From Octopus vulgaris (taxonomy: Eukaryota): a stretch of 64,000 nt of DNA. The notes beneath the pieces were generated by a model. That model was given only the letters and a program-made list of their open reading frames with translations. It did not search any database and was not told the DNA's origin. Shown in pieces: positions 63,296-64,000 of this stretch. Made by a program: the position numbers and the translations under genes. Where the stretch lies: contig OX597815.1 of the NCBI GenBank assembly GCA_951406725.2, forward strand, positions 79,174,001 to 79,238,000, written 5' to 3'. The number at the start of each line of letters is the position of its first letter. The first letter of the stretch is position 1.

Positions 63296-64000
63296 CCGTA
63301 AATTCTGGGCTATAAGCCGCTACTTTTTCCCCACACTTTGAACATTGCGGCTAATACTATGGTGCGGCTAATGCATGTTCGTTTTTTTTTTGTCATGCCG
63401 CGAAAAACCTTTTGCCTCGCAACAGTAGACCAATCAAATTGATGAGTAGGTCAAAGAGGTCCAATGAAATTGTGCGATAAATCAAGAGCACTTTCACAAT
63501 CCAATTACCGGTATTGTAAAGCTGTCATTTGTATTCACCCTCATCAACATGGAAAACACTCGAAGAAAAGCATATGATGCAGCTTTTAAGTTGAAGGCAA
63601 TCAATCTGGTGGTTGAAGAAGGAAATCGAGCTGCTGCACGTAAACTTGGCATAAATGAATCGATGGTGAAACGGTGGAGACGCCAGCAGGAAGAACAAAA
63701 AGACGACGAAAGTTTTCAGAGGTAACCATAGTATATGACCCGAACTTGAAAACTTTCTTGAAGACAGGGAGAGCAAGCAGCTACGGTGTTTCCACTGTGC
63801 AGATCAGACTGAAGGCGAAAACAATCACCACCGAAATGAAAATCGAAGATATTAGAGGTGGGCCATCGTGGTGTTTTGTATTTATGAGAAGAAAATCTAG
63901 TCCGCCAAGCACGCACGACTTTGTGTCAGCAGCTCCCACCCCGTCTATGAGGAAAAACTTGTTAACTTTCGCACATTCACTCAAATAAAGATAGCGGAGA
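63296..64000 (+). mobile_element. pogo-family DNA transposon, 5' part with degraded transposase
   Basis: TA|CCGTAAATTC TIR, repeated gcggctaat subterminal motifs; ATG 63549 MENTRRKAYDAAFKLKAINLVVEEGNRAAARKLGINESMVKRWR (Brinker-type HTH), then a CENP-B HTH remnant (GGPSWC..FMRR). Confidence 0.88.

Overview
AT-rich, repeat-dense eukaryotic DNA. The SINE, RTE and (TA)n repertoire resembles an octopod cephalopod; this is inference from recalled repeat families. One host gene can be reconstructed by eye: four minus-strand coding exons (43563-43658, 17851-17973, 9661-9810, 7213-7239). All introns are phase-0 GT-AG, and the product is a 131-aa protein ending in CxxCxAGxSGHxxHI, like C10orf143/DUF5533. 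Most other recognisable sequence is transposon-derived: tRNA-derived SINEs, RTE and CR1 LINE fragments, Penelope-like remnants with minimal hammerhead ribozymes, non-autonomous Helitrons, MITEs, a pogo element, and a full-length but mutated LTR retrotransposon (56890-61164, 5-bp TSD). The most striking signal is in the LTR element. It has no TGG-type primer-binding site. The 12 nt directly after its 5' LTR are instead the exact reverse complement of the FIRST 12 nt of metazoan tRNA-Phe as I recall that sequence, suggesting priming by a tRNA 5'-end fragment. The element also has a G-GGA-AAC slippery site plus pseudoknot. No computation or database search was run; ends of degenerate repeats are approximate.
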